Below are positions 19,382-30,296 of a stretch of 64,000 bases of DNA, piece after piece. The stretch lies in the NCBI GenBank assembly GCA_963675755.2, contig CAXXMD010000003.1, positions 2,592,001-2,656,000 of the forward strand, given 5' to 3'. Position numbers and translations under genes: made by a program. The DNA comes from a bacterium. Lineage in GTDB: Bacteria; Zhuqueibacterota; Zhuqueibacteria; Residuimicrobiales; Krinioviventaceae. Numbering within the stretch: the stretch's first letter is position 1; the number at the start of each line of letters is the position of its first letter. Below the pieces are notes generated by a model, which saw nothing but the letters and a program-made list of their open reading frames with translations, ran no database searches and was not told the origin of the DNA.

Positions 19382-21394
19382 ATGAATAACAAAGTTGTTT
19401 TGATTGTATTGCTCGTTGTTTGCAGTTCGTTTGCCCAAGGAAATACCACCAACTCTTTTTATATTTCCAACCGATCGCCTCTAATTAAAGCTCCGTTTGT
19501 AGAACTCCCACTTGGATCAATCAAGCCTGAAGGATGGCTGCTGACTATGCTGGAAATCCAGCGAGATGGTCTTACCGGTAATTTGGATTCTGTTTATGCA
19601 TCCGTATGTGGTCCCCGCAATGGTTGGCTGGGTGGGGATGGTGATGGCTGGGAACGCGGTCCTTACTGGTTAGATGGCCTGGTGCCGCTTGCATATATGT
19701 TAGATGACCCTGCTTTAAAAGCAAAAGCTCAAAAGTGGATAGAATGGTCTATCAATAATCAGCAAAAGGATGGTTATTTTGGGCCTGTTCCTTTTAGTGA
19801 AAAGCCCGAGCATGAAACCGGGATTCAAAAAGATAAGCGCCGTGACTGGTGGCCCAAGATGGTAATGCTCAAAGTATTAAAACAGTATTATTTGGCTACC
19901 GGGGATGAACGTGTTCTTGCCTTAATGGATAATTATTTCAGATACATGCTGGAAAATCTACCCAAAACCCCTTTAGGTCACTGGACGTTTTGGGGTGAGC
20001 GGCGGGGTGCAGATAACCTTGCTATTGTACATTGGTTATACAATATTACCGGTGAATCTTATTTGTTAGAGCTTGGAGAGTTGATTCACGAGCAAACACA
20101 CAAGTGGGAAGATTTATTGGGAGATGGAGCGTTTGCGTGTAATAATCCGCCCATTGACCGGCATTGCGTCAATATTGCACAGGGGATGAAAGCACCTGCA
20201 GTTTGGTATCAGCAGAATAGAAAATCAGAATTGTTAGATGATCTAAAACAAGGGATGCTCGATTTGCAGCAGAGTTTTGGCTATGTAAACGGTATGTATG
20301 GCGCAGATGAAGCTTTGCATAGTAATGATCCGGTTCAGGGAGTAGAGTTTTGTTCGGTTGTCGAATTGATGTACTCGCTGGAAACCATATTGCCGATTAG
20401 CGGCGATGTGTTTTATGCAGATTATCTGGAGAAATTGGCGTTTAATGCTTTACCCGCACAGCATACTGATGATTTCAGATACCGGCAATATTTTCAACAA
20501 GCAAATCAAGTACAGGTAACAGATCAGAGACACAATTTTTATAATGATGATGATGCCAGACAGTGCTTTGGTGTTTTAACTGGGTATCCGTGTTGTACTT
20601 GTAACATGCACCAGGGATGGCCCAAGTTTGTTCAAAATTTATTCTATGCGACACCTGAAAATGGAGTTGCAGCTTTGATTTATGGTCCTGCCAACGCAAG
20701 GTTAAAGGTTGGTAATGGAGTTGATCTTGAACTGACCGAGAAAACAACATATCCCTTTGATGATAAAATAATTTTTGATATGCAACTGTCAGCTCGAGCT
20801 GAATTTGGTTTCCATTTGAGAATACCAGCCTGGTGTGATTCGGCTGTTATTTCCATCAATGGAAAAGTTTTTAGATCACCCAAAGCTAACCGTATTGTTG
20901 AAATTAACAGAAAATGGACCGATGGTGATGTAGTAGAATTACAGTTGCCCATGAGACTCACGACAAGTCGATGGTATGAAAGAACAGTTGGGATTGAGAG
21001 AGGCCCACTGGTATATGCTTTGCGCATTGAAGAAGAGTGGCGTAAAGTTGATAAATCTCATTTAGAGCGTTATCTTTATGAACACCCCTTTTGGGAAGTC
21101 TATCCAACCTCTCCATGGAATTATGGTATATTAGAGTCAAGTGTTAAGAATATGGAATTTAATATTATAAAGTCTGATGAATTGGCAGAAATGCCCTGGA
21201 ATCTTGAAAATGCCCCTGTTACTTTATATACAAAAGGTATGAGAATCCCTGAATGGGTTATGTATAACCATTCAGCGGGAACCCCACCAAGAAGTCCGTA
21301 CCGGACTGTTGAAAAACAACCCATTGTTGAACTGCAACTTGTTCCCTATGGATGCACAACCTTACGAATAAGTCAATTTTCAACTTGTCGATAG
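19382..21394 (+). CDS. Glycoside hydrolase family 127/146 (beta-L-arabinofuranosidase-like), secreted
   Basis: Signal peptide; WERGPYWLDG, HCVNIAQ, GVEFCSVVE, YPCCTCNMHQGWPK (Zn-Cys cluster), LRIPAW, ERGPLVY, LVPYGCT. Confidence 0.88.
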   Translation: MNNKVVLIVLLVVCSSFAQGNTTNSFYISNRSPLIKAPFVELPLGSIKPEGWLLTMLEIQRDGLTGNLDSVYASVCGPRNGWLGGDGDGWERGPYWLDGLVPLAYMLDDPALKAKAQKWIEWSINNQQKDGYFGPVPFSEKPEHETGIQKDKRRDWWPKMVMLKVLKQYYLATGDERVLALMDNYFRYMLENLPKTPLGHWTFWGERRGADNLAIVHWLYNITGESYLLELGELIHEQTHKWEDLLGDGAFACNNPPIDRHCVNIAQGMKAPAVWYQQNRKSELLDDLKQGMLDLQQSFGYVNGMYGADEALHSNDPVQGVEFCSVVELMYSLETILPISGDVFYADYLEKLAFNALPAQHTDDFRYRQYFQQANQVQVTDQRHNFYNDDDARQCFGVLTGYPCCTCNMHQGWPKFVQNLFYATPENGVAALIYGPANARLKVGNGVDLELTEKTTYPFDDKIIFDMQLSARAEFGFHLRIPAWCDSAVISINGKVFRSPKANRIVEINRKWTDGDVVELQLPMRLTTSRWYERTVGIERGPLVYALRIEEEWRKVDKSHLERYLYEHPFWEVYPTSPWNYGILESSVKNMEFNIIKSDELAEMPWNLENAPVTLYTKGMRIPEWVMYNHSAGTPPRSPYRTVEKQPIVELQLVPYGCTTLRISQFSTCR

Positions 21395-21551
21395 AAAATG
21401 TAGGTTATTATTTTTACTGAATTAAAGAATGTTTAGTGTAGTAATTTTCTTAAAATTAAAAAATATTTGTATCTTTAATTGTTGCGGCCTGCTTTTTGTT
21501 GTATTTTTTATAGGGTGTAATGATGTTATTTGTGTAGTTTTGAGGTAGTAA

Positions 21552-24500
21552 ATGAAAAGGTTTGAAAAGGAATTTATAGATCTTGTAGATCGATTATTAT
21601 TACATAACGACAAGAATTCTCTTCTCGAAGAATATATAAATAGCATAAATAATATGGCATCAGATTTTAGTGTGTCATATACTAGTTCTCATTGTTGTGA
21701 TGATAATTTATTTATAGTTAAAACTCATAATAACCAATTTGGGTATTTAATTACTAATTGTGATCCTGCATTAATTTCTCCTGGTTTTTCTCAACTTTTT
21801 TTAAAAAGTATTTCTATGCTTGCCCGAATTCTTGATAAATTACCCAATATCGAGTCAGTCCACAAAACATCTCACAAGCAAGATATCTCCGCGGAATTAA
21901 AGAAATTAAAGAAAAGTGAAGCGCTTTACAAGGGTATGGAAAAGGTGAGCAAAGTTGGGGGATGGGAGTATGATGTTAAGAATAATAATGCGTATTGGAC
22001 TCCTGAAACCTATCGGATTTATGGATTCGATTTGAAAGATTTAAATGCTGATACCCCTATTCCATTTGAAGACAGTTTAAAATGTTTTGAAAAATCTGAC
22101 AAAGAAAAATTACTCGAGGTTTTTTTGGAATGTATCAAAACCGGAAAGACCTATGACCTGGAACTGAAAATGACAAATCATAAGGGGAAACAGCTTTGGA
22201 TCAAGACCGGCGCAAAAGCAACCAGGCACAATGGCAAAGTTGTCAAGGCTCAGGGATATATTATTGATATTACAGAGCGTAAAAAAGCTGAACTTGAATT
22301 GCAGGAATCGCATATTGATATTCAGCTTCGACACGAGATTGCAAATATATTGTTATTAAAATCAGATGAAAAAGTTTATTCAGAAATTCTTAAAAAAATA
22401 TTGATCATAGTATCAAGTAATCATGGGTTTTTAGGGTATATTGATGAGCATGGTGATCTGGTTTGTCCTACCATTACTGAAAACCTGTGGAGTAAAAGCC
22501 TTGTTTCTGACAAGTCCATGACATTACCCAAAAACGCATGGGGAGGGTTATGGGGTGATTCTTTATTAAAAAAGAAAACCTTGATAAAAGAAATGGATTT
22601 ATCAACCCCCCAAGGGCATACTCCTTTAACAAGAGCAATGACTGTACCCATTTTGTTGGGAAGAAAATTGGTTGGATTGATTGCTGTTGCGAATAAAGAG
22701 TCTGAATATAATATTCATGATCAAAAAAGGATTGAATCCGTTGCAAAATATATTGCCCCTCTTATTAAAGAACGCCTTGAGAAAACGGACTTTGAAAGAC
22801 AACGCGCTATAGCTTTGACTGAACTGGAAGAAAGTGAAAAGTTGCTACGCAAGATATCAGAAAATTATCCCAATTCATTTGTAGCAATAATTGAAAAAGA
22901 TAATACTATTGGTTTTGTTTCCGGTCAGGAAATGCTCAAACAAATCAATCTTGGGCAAGCTATTGTTGGTAAGACATTTCGTGAAATAATTGGTGATAAG
23001 GCTGCGCCAATTGAAGCAAGTTTAGTAAAAACGTTTCAGGGAAACGAAAACGAATTGAAATTTGAAGCAAATGATGTATTCTACCATATTAAAATGGTTC
23101 CCTTGTTTTATAATGATTCTGTTAACAGAGTACTCATTGTTGCCGAAAATATAACCCAAAAAGTACGTCTTGATACGGTATTACAAATAGATAGAGATTT
23201 GGGTGTAAAATTAACAAAGGTCTCAACGTTATATGATGCCATGCATGAGTGCCTTGAGCATTCTTTAAAAATACCCGGGATTGACAGTGGTGGTATTTAT
23301 AAAGCTAATTATGATACAGAATATTTTGAATTGTTTGTGCATAAAAATGTTTCCCAAAAATTTATCAAGAATGTAGATCGTTTTAGTTTCAAGGATGAAA
23401 AAAGTGCACCGATTTTTGCGGTAAATCCTTTTTATCTTGATTACGAGATGTTGAAAATAATGCCAGACAAGTATTTTATCAAAGAAGGATTTTTATCATC
23501 TGCTATTTTACCGGTGCACCACAAAGGTCATATAGTCGGTTGTATTAATCTTGTTTCTCGTACTGAAACCAGGATGCCGGAATATCTATATCCATTTTTT
23601 GAGAATATGATTTCAATGCTTGGAACCATATTGGTGAATCTGGAAAACCAGGAGATTATTCGTAATAGTGAAGAACGGTATCGTAATTTTATTATGAATG
23701 CCAGCGAAGGAATTTACAGAATAGATTTTATTGAGCCGGTACCAATTAATTCATCTAAAAAACAATTATCTGAAAAAATTAAACAAAATGCAGTTTTTGT
23801 TGAAGTAAATGACGCTCTTGCTCAAATGTATGGATCAAGTGTTGAAGAGCTGACTGGCAAACCCGTTCACCAGGTTATGCCGAATTATGATAAAAAAGTA
23901 TTGAAAGCACTTGCCACAAGAGGCTATATCGTTTCTGAGCTTGAAAGTCTGGTTTTTGATATTCATGAAAAACCTGTCTATGTATCAGAGAGTTTTAGGA
24001 TAATTGTTGATGATAAAACTATGCATAGAATTTGGGGGATGCAAAGGGACATAACCGAACACAAATTTGCAGCTCAAAAGTTAAGCGAAAGCCAACATCA
24101 TATGGCAGAAGCGCAAAGAATAGGTAAAATTGGTAGTTTTATTTTGGATGCGAAAACCAGAGATTCTATCTGGTCTGACCAAATGTATGAAATCTTTGGA
24201 TTTGAAAATACTGACCAAGTGCCGGAACTTAAAAAGGTACGTTCAAGAATTCATCCGGAAGATCTGGATGTTTTTGATAATGCGATAATAATGTCAGAAA
24301 AAAATGAGCTGCCAGAGAATGTACAATATCGCATACTTTTACCGGATAAGACTCTAAAATGGGTTATTAGTCGCATTGAATTGATATATGATGATAATGG
24401 AATTCCGGTTCAATTCAGAGGCACGGTTCAGGATATAACTGAACGCAAGCAAACAGAGTTGGCTCTTGAAAAACGAATGCTTGCATTAACACGCCCTATT

Positions 24501-26042
24501 GATTACTCGGAAAATATTTTGTTTGAAGAGTTGTTTAATGTTGATGATATTCAGAAACTTCAGGATCTGTTTGCAACTGCTACCGGTGTTGCATCTATTA
24601 TTACTCATGTTGATGGTACACCAATTACAACTCCGAGTAACTTTTGTGATTTATGTGAAAATATTATTCGCAAGACAGATAAAGGACGAAAAAACTGTTT
24701 TCATTCCGATGCCATAATAGGGAGACATCAGGAAAAAGCGCCAATAGTACAACCCTGTTTGAGTGGTGGCTTGTGGGATGCAGGAGCAAGTATTTCTGTT
24801 GGTGGAAAACATATTGCAAACTGGTTAATTGGACAGGTTAGAAATGAAGAGCAGACTGAAGAAAAAATGCTAGAGTATGCCCGGGAAATTGGAGCTGATG
24901 AAGATGCTTTCATAAAAGCATTTCGTAAAGTTCCCAAAATGTCTAATAAGCAATTTCAAGAAGTGGCTGATGCATTGTTTGTAATTGCAAAACAATTGTC
25001 TGATACTGCATATCAAAATGTTCAACAGGCGCGCTTTATTTCTGATCGAAAGCAGGCTCAGGAGGCACTGCAAGAGAGTGAAAGCAGATTTAAGAGTTAT
25101 GTTGAAAACGCACCTGATGGAATTCTGGTTACTAATGACAATGGAAACTATGTAGATGTGAATCCTGCTGCATGTGAGATTTTAGGATATACCCGAAGTG
25201 AACTATTAAAGATGAACCTTAAAGATGTTATTGCTCCTGAGGAATTGGAAATTGGTCGTGAGCACTTTAATACTGTGGTAAATACAGGAAGTGCTGCCGG
25301 TGAGATGCAATTTGTCAGGAAAAATGGGATTAAACGATATTGGACAATAGATGCAGTTAAATTAACCAATACAAGATTTCTGGGATTTGTTAAAGATATT
25401 ACTGATCGCAAACTTGTTGAGAAGCAAATCAAGCAAAGTCTTGATGAAAAAAGTGTGTTGCTAAAAGAAATTCACCATAGGGTGAAAAATAATCTTCAGG
25501 TTATGCGTAGTTTGATCAGTCTGCAAACCCGATATGAAAAAAGCCAGGCATTTTGTGATTCTGCAACAGAATTATCAAACCGTATTTTATCTATGGCTTT
25601 GGTGCATGAGCAGTTGTATCAATCAGACAATCTGGCTGATATAAATTTTAAATCATATATCATGACACTTTGTGATGAAATTTTGGCAAGTCTGTTTAGA
25701 AAAGATATTGATATTCAGCTAGATCTTGAAGATATAAAGTTGGATATTGAAAGGTCTGTTCCTTTAGGGCTTATTATAAATGAACTGGTTACCAATGCTG
25801 TCAAACATGCATTCCCGGATGATAAAACAGGCAAAATAAAACTTTTTTTATCAAAAGAAGATAAAAAAGGTGTTTTGTCAATATGTGATAATGGTCAAGG
25901 AATACCAGAGAATGTAAACCTTGATAAACCCAAATCACTAGGACTCGAGTTGGTCAGAATTCTTACCAGGCAATTAGATGGGGAATTAAAGTTCCATCGA
26001 AAAAGTGGTACTAAAGTTACGATATCATTCCCAATAAACTGA
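21552..26042 (+). CDS. Multi-PAS/GAF/PocR sensor histidine kinase (HisKA_2 type)
   Basis: PocR domain IQKLQDLFATATGVASIIT..NFCDLC..NCFHSD..CLSGGLWDAGASISVGGKHIANWLIGQV; H-box LLKEIHHRVKNNLQ; NELVTNAVKHAF, DNGQG, SLGLELV. Confidence 0.92.
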   Translation: MKRFEKEFIDLVDRLLLHNDKNSLLEEYINSINNMASDFSVSYTSSHCCDDNLFIVKTHNNQFGYLITNCDPALISPGFSQLFLKSISMLARILDKLPNIESVHKTSHKQDISAELKKLKKSEALYKGMEKVSKVGGWEYDVKNNNAYWTPETYRIYGFDLKDLNADTPIPFEDSLKCFEKSDKEKLLEVFLECIKTGKTYDLELKMTNHKGKQLWIKTGAKATRHNGKVVKAQGYIIDITERKKAELELQESHIDIQLRHEIANILLLKSDEKVYSEILKKILIIVSSNHGFLGYIDEHGDLVCPTITENLWSKSLVSDKSMTLPKNAWGGLWGDSLLKKKTLIKEMDLSTPQGHTPLTRAMTVPILLGRKLVGLIAVANKESEYNIHDQKRIESVAKYIAPLIKERLEKTDFERQRAIALTELEESEKLLRKISENYPNSFVAIIEKDNTIGFVSGQEMLKQINLGQAIVGKTFREIIGDKAAPIEASLVKTFQGNENELKFEANDVFYHIKMVPLFYNDSVNRVLIVAENITQKVRLDTVLQIDRDLGVKLTKVSTLYDAMHECLEHSLKIPGIDSGGIYKANYDTEYFELFVHKNVSQKFIKNVDRFSFKDEKSAPIFAVNPFYLDYEMLKIMPDKYFIKEGFLSSAILPVHHKGHIVGCINLVSRTETRMPEYLYPFFENMISMLGTILVNLENQEIIRNSEERYRNFIMNASEGIYRIDFIEPVPINSSKKQLSEKIKQNAVFVEVNDALAQMYGSSVEELTGKPVHQVMPNYDKKVLKALATRGYIVSELESLVFDIHEKPVYVSESFRIIVDDKTMHRIWGMQRDITEHKFAAQKLSESQHHMAEAQRIGKIGSFILDAKTRDSIWSDQMYEIFGFENTDQVPELKKVRSRIHPEDLDVFDNAIIMSEKNELPENVQYRILLPDKTLKWVISRIELIYDDNGIPVQFRGTVQDITERKQTELALEKRMLALTRPIDYSENILFEELFNVDDIQKLQDLFATATGVASIITHVDGTPITTPSNFCDLCENIIRKTDKGRKNCFHSDAIIGRHQEKAPIVQPCLSGGLWDAGASISVGGKHIANWLIGQVRNEEQTEEKMLEYAREIGADEDAFIKAFRKVPKMSNKQFQEVADALFVIAKQLSDTAYQNVQQARFISDRKQAQEALQESESRFKSYVENAPDGILVTNDNGNYVDVNPAACEILGYTRSELLKMNLKDVIAPEELEIGREHFNTVVNTGSAAGEMQFVRKNGIKRYWTIDAVKLTNTRFLGFVKDITDRKLVEKQIKQSLDEKSVLLKEIHHRVKNNLQVMRSLISLQTRYEKSQAFCDSATELSNRILSMALVHEQLYQSDNLADINFKSYIMTLCDEILASLFRKDIDIQLDLEDIKLDIERSVPLGLIINELVTNAVKHAFPDDKTGKIKLFLSKEDKKGVLSICDNGQGIPENVNLDKPKSLGLELVRILTRQLDGELKFHRKSGTKVTISFPIN

Positions 26043-26127
26043 TTGTATGATATTATATTTTGTCTTATTTTATATTTGGGCAGTATAAAAATAAAAAAAT
26101 CATCATCAGTTAAATGTAAGGGGTAGT

Positions 26128-27366
26128 ATGACTTCACGCGAACGTTTGTTAGCAGCACTAGACCACAAAGAGCCAGACAAAGTACCTGTCGATTTGGGCT
26201 CTCACCCCAGTTCAGGCATTTCTGTTATTGCCTATAATAATTTAAAAAAATATTTACAATTGTATCCGGGGCAGACCCGTGTTTATGATGTCGTTCAGCA
26301 GCTTGCTGAACCCGAAGATGATATGCTGGACAGATTTGGAATAGACATTATTGATATTGGCAGATTATATAATAGAAACCAGGACTATTGGTATCCTATT
26401 CAGGCTGCTGACGGTTCAGATGCTTTGTATCCCACCGGTATTCGTCCGGTGAAACAAGAGGACGGATCTTTTTTGATTTTAAAAAATGGTAGTGCAATTG
26501 CAAAAATGCCATCTGGTGGTACTTTTTTTGACCAGACATTTTTTCCGTATCTTGAGGGATATCCCCGTGATTTTATGGATCTGAAAACAGATATGGATAT
26601 GGTAATGTGGGGCTCGGTGGCTGTGCCGCCCTGGGACCATACAGACGAGCCGAACTTTTGGAAAGATCTGAGACAAAAGCTGATTGATTTTAGAGAAACC
26701 TCTGACCGGGCGGTGCTCATATCTGTAGGATGTAATCTTTTCGAGTGGGGATCGTTCCTTCGACGTATGGATAATTTTTTAATGGATGTGTTGGCTGATC
26801 CTGATAATGTTGCGGCGCTTTTGGAAGCTTTGATGGAACTACATATGCAGACATTGACCAGGGTATGTGAGTATGTTGGTGACCTGGTAGATGTTATAAA
26901 GTTTGGTGATGATCTGGGAATGATCAATGGTCCTTTTATGCCACCGGTGACGTATCGGGAGCTTTTTAAGCCGCATCACAAATATTTGAATGAATATACC
27001 CATGCACACTCGACTGCAAAAACACTGCTTCATTCCTGTGGGTCAATTTATGCCCTGCTGCCGGATTTGATTGAGGCGGGCTTTGATGCTATCAATCCAG
27101 TGCAGACGAATTGCCTGGATATGGAACCGAAAAAGTTGAAAAGCGAGTTTGGCAAAGATATAACTTTTTGGGGTGGCGGTGTTGATACTGCCACGGTATT
27201 GAACAGAGAGAATCCGGAAAATGTTTATAAACATGTTTTGGAAAGATTAGAGATTTTTGCACCTGGCGGCGGGTATGTATTTAATTCTATCCATAACATT
27301 CTTCCCGAAGTCCCACCTGAAAATATTTTAGCCATGTTTAATGCTGTTAAAGATTTTAACGGATAA
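26128..27366 (+). CDS. Uroporphyrinogen decarboxylase / MtaA-CmuA methyltransferase family protein
   Basis: MTSRERLLAALDHKEPDKVPVDLG, GDDLG, LHSCG (HxC), INPVQ, FWGGGVD, GGGYVFNSIHNI. Confidence 0.85.
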   Translation: MTSRERLLAALDHKEPDKVPVDLGSHPSSGISVIAYNNLKKYLQLYPGQTRVYDVVQQLAEPEDDMLDRFGIDIIDIGRLYNRNQDYWYPIQAADGSDALYPTGIRPVKQEDGSFLILKNGSAIAKMPSGGTFFDQTFFPYLEGYPRDFMDLKTDMDMVMWGSVAVPPWDHTDEPNFWKDLRQKLIDFRETSDRAVLISVGCNLFEWGSFLRRMDNFLMDVLADPDNVAALLEALMELHMQTLTRVCEYVGDLVDVIKFGDDLGMINGPFMPPVTYRELFKPHHKYLNEYTHAHSTAKTLLHSCGSIYALLPDLIEAGFDAINPVQTNCLDMEPKKLKSEFGKDITFWGGGVDTATVLNRENPENVYKHVLERLEIFAPGGGYVFNSIHNILPEVPPENILAMFNAVKDFNG

Positions 27367-27397
27367 AAAAAGGCGGATATTATAACCGCCTTTTTTT
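27365..27397. terminator. Bidirectional intrinsic terminator
   Basis: AAAAAAAGGCGG-atattataa-CCGCCTTTTTTT between convergent genes. Confidence 0.85.
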
Positions 27398-28028
27398 ATC
27401 GGGTTGCTACAAATGGCGCTTTTTGATACCAGGTATCGTGATGGAGTTGCTCGAGCATAAAATCAGCCAGATCGTAACGGTTGACTTTAAAACCCAGCAG
27501 GTCCCAATCCCCGGCCCGGATTCTTCCGGTAGCCGGGTCGTCAGTAATTTTGGGGGTACGGATTGTCGTCCAGTCAAGATGTGATTGTGAAAGGACTTCA
27601 AACTCTTTTTGCTTTGCTTTGATCATGTGTTTTTGAGAACTGTTTGCAAGAGAGATGATCATTCTTCGTTTAAAGCTGATCCGGTCATCGGGTATCCGCA
27701 GGGCGCTGTGTGAAATGGTAATGATTCGTTTTATGTTGTGTTTGTCCATAGATTGAACAAGATGCACCATGGCAACCCTGAACAAGTCTGGTTGGTGGGG
27801 TGCATTTGTAGGACCAGCCGTAGACAATACAGCATCTGCGCCATCAACAACGGTTTCAAAAATGTGATCATCGGCAAGCGAGCCATGTATGGCATTGACA
27901 TTATTCTGAAGGTCGCCTAATTTTTCGGGTGTACGTGCGAGTATGGTAATTTCATGACCGGCGTCTAATGCTTTTCTGACCAAAACTTTGCCAACAAAAC
28001 CAGTTGCCCCCAGTATTGCGAGCTTCAT
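27396..28028 (-). CDS. NAD(P)H-binding oxidoreductase (flavin reductase/BVR-B-like atypical SDR)
   Basis: MKLAILGATGFVG Rossmann motif, LDWTTIRTP, VNRYDLADFML. Confidence 0.85.
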   Translation of the reverse strand: MKLAILGATGFVGKVLVRKALDAGHEITILARTPEKLGDLQNNVNAIHGSLADDHIFETVVDGADAVLSTAGPTNAPHQPDLFRVAMVHLVQSMDKHNIKRIITISHSALRIPDDRISFKRRMIISLANSSQKHMIKAKQKEFEVLSQSHLDWTTIRTPKITDDPATGRIRAGDWDLLGFKVNRYDLADFMLEQLHHDTWYQKAPFVATR

Positions 28029-28183
28029 GTTACACCCTTTCATGTTGTTTTGTATCATTTCAATAACATTTTCAGGTGAACAAGTTATTTCATTTATTGT
28101 AAACTGTCAGTCTTAACAACTGTTGTTTTTTATCCCGGATTCGTTTCAATATCAATGGGTTTCAAAATACCCCCGATCTTGAT

Positions 28184-28816
28184 TTAATGTTTATAATTAA
28201 TAAAAGCTAAACGAATGCCCAGTGCTACCAGAATGCTACCGCTTATACGCTGCATAAGCGTGGATAGCCAGGCCTTTTGATTCAGCCAGGTACCCATGTG
28301 GCCGGAAAAATATCCTACCAGTCCGAGATAGAGCAGGGTCATGCCTGCAAACAAGCCGCCATAGGTCAGCATTTGCAGTGAAGCCGGCCCCCGGTTTGGA
28401 GATACAAATTGGGGCAGAAAGGTCATGAAAAATAAAGCAACTTTGGGATTCAGAACATTTGATAATATCCCCTGAGTAAATATCTTTTTGGTGTTCATGG
28501 CCTTTTGGGGAGCATTCAATGGTATTGAATTTTTATTGATCAGTGCTTTAATACCCAGATAGATCAGGTAAATGGCTCCTGTGAGCTTGACAGCAGTAAA
28601 AGCAATAGAAGAAGTCATTAAAATAACCGCCAGCCCAAATGCCGCAAATGCTGTGTGCACCAGAATACCCAGGGTCACACCAATGGCAGATATTAACCCT
28701 GCCTTGCGGCCCCGCGAAAGTCCTTGCGTCAATACATAGATGCTGTCAGGTCCGGGTGCAAGGATCAAAACAACAGAAGTTACCAAAAACAGTACTATGG
28801 CTGATTGTGAAAACAT
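28184..28816 (-). CDS. LysE/RhtB family translocator
   Basis: LAPGPD..GRKAG and NVLNPKVALFF..FLPQF. Confidence 0.92.
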   Translation of the reverse strand: MFSQSAIVLFLVTSVVLILAPGPDSIYVLTQGLSRGRKAGLISAIGVTLGILVHTAFAAFGLAVILMTSSIAFTAVKLTGAIYLIYLGIKALINKNSIPLNAPQKAMNTKKIFTQGILSNVLNPKVALFFMTFLPQFVSPNRGPASLQMLTYGGLFAGMTLLYLGLVGYFSGHMGTWLNQKAWLSTLMQRISGSILVALGIRLAFINYKH

Positions 28817-29012
28817 TGTTTTCCCCGTTTGTGATTTTCGGTTTCAGGTTATATAACGCAGAATAGAGTTTATTGTTTCAGTTTAACTTGACGGATACAG
28901 GTATATAATGACAGGCAGCCAATATCTTTTTACTTGAAAAAATACATTCGCTTTTCTATATTCTTTTACATATCCTGATAAATCCTCAATTTGTTATACA
29001 CAAGGAAATATT

Positions 29013-30281
29013 ATGAGCAAATCCAACCGTTTTGACCGAAGACATTTCCTCAAAAGCACTGCCGCGGCAGCTGCGTTTACAATTGTTCCCCGAAGGGTGC
29101 TTGGCGGCACCGGTTATACACCTCCCAGTGAAGAGCTGACCAAAGCTGTTATTGGCGTAGGTGGTATGGGGCGCGGACATGTTCGTTATTCAGGCGCCAG
29201 ACTTTTAGCTGTATGTGATGTAGACAAGAACCATTTAAAGCAAGCAATGGAACTTGGCGGCCCCGATGTTAAGGGCTATCATGATTTCAGAGACGTACTG
29301 GCCCGTCCTGATATTGATGTAGTACATATTGCGACTCCACCGCACTGGCACGCACTTATGTCTATTGCCGCAGCCAAAGCAGGCAAGGATGTATGGTGTG
29401 AAAAACCCATGACCCGTACCATAGGTGAGGGGCAAAAAGTTGTAGAAACCATCCAAAAATATGATCGCATGTTTCGTATTAATACCTGGTTTCGATTTGA
29501 CAGTAATTTGTATCGATTCCTTGTTCCCGCAAAACCGGTCAAAAAACTGGTGCAAAGCGGACTTTTGGGCTGGCCCCTAAAGTTTACCGTAAGTGATGCC
29601 ACCGGTTTTGGCTGGAAATTCTACTGGAGCGGTAAAACCCACTATACTCCGCAATGGGTTCCCGAAGAATTGGATTATGATATGTGGCTGGGACCTGCCC
29701 CGTACAAACCGTATCATCCACACCGTGTACATCAAACATTTCGCGGTTATTGGGATTATGACGGCGGCGGCCTGGGCGATATGGCACAGCATTACCTTGA
29801 TCCTGTACAATACTTTTTAGATAAAGATGATACCAGTCCCGTCAAGATTGTTGCAGATGCACCCCAGGCACATCCCGATGCATGCGGAAGCTGGCGCAAG
29901 ATTACCATGACTTATGATGATGGCTGCCAGATTGAACTGGTGGGTGGCGAGCACAAGGCAAATGTTCCTTATATTGAAGGCCCCAACGGCAAAGTCTACC
30001 CCGGATTTAAATCCGATATTCCTGATCTGGAAAAGAAACTGCGAGATTTCCCGGATCCCGCACCACAGGAAACTGATTTTTATCAGGCAGTGCGCGAGCG
30101 CCGTAAATTTGCATTGAACGAGCAGAACGGTCACCGCTCTTGCACCCTTGTGAATCTGGCCAAAATTGCTGTTCGATTGGGACGTCCATTAAATTTTGAT
30201 CCTGATCTTCAACAATTTGTGGATGATGATGAAGCGAACCGGTTGATTAATCAACCCATGCGCGCACCCTGGCACCTGTAG
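29013..30281 (+). CDS. Tat-exported Gfo/Idh/MocA oxidoreductase (3-ketoglycoside-forming dehydrogenase-like)
   Basis: DRRHFLK Tat motif, IGVGGMG, ATPPHWH, CEKP, DMAQHYLD. Confidence 0.9.
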   Translation: MSKSNRFDRRHFLKSTAAAAAFTIVPRRVLGGTGYTPPSEELTKAVIGVGGMGRGHVRYSGARLLAVCDVDKNHLKQAMELGGPDVKGYHDFRDVLARPDIDVVHIATPPHWHALMSIAAAKAGKDVWCEKPMTRTIGEGQKVVETIQKYDRMFRINTWFRFDSNLYRFLVPAKPVKKLVQSGLLGWPLKFTVSDATGFGWKFYWSGKTHYTPQWVPEELDYDMWLGPAPYKPYHPHRVHQTFRGYWDYDGGGLGDMAQHYLDPVQYFLDKDDTSPVKIVADAPQAHPDACGSWRKITMTYDDGCQIELVGGEHKANVPYIEGPNGKVYPGFKSDIPDLEKKLRDFPDPAPQETDFYQAVRERRKFALNEQNGHRSCTLVNLAKIAVRLGRPLNFDPDLQQFVDDDEANRLINQPMRAPWHL

Positions 30282-30296
30282 AATAGAGGACTTGTT

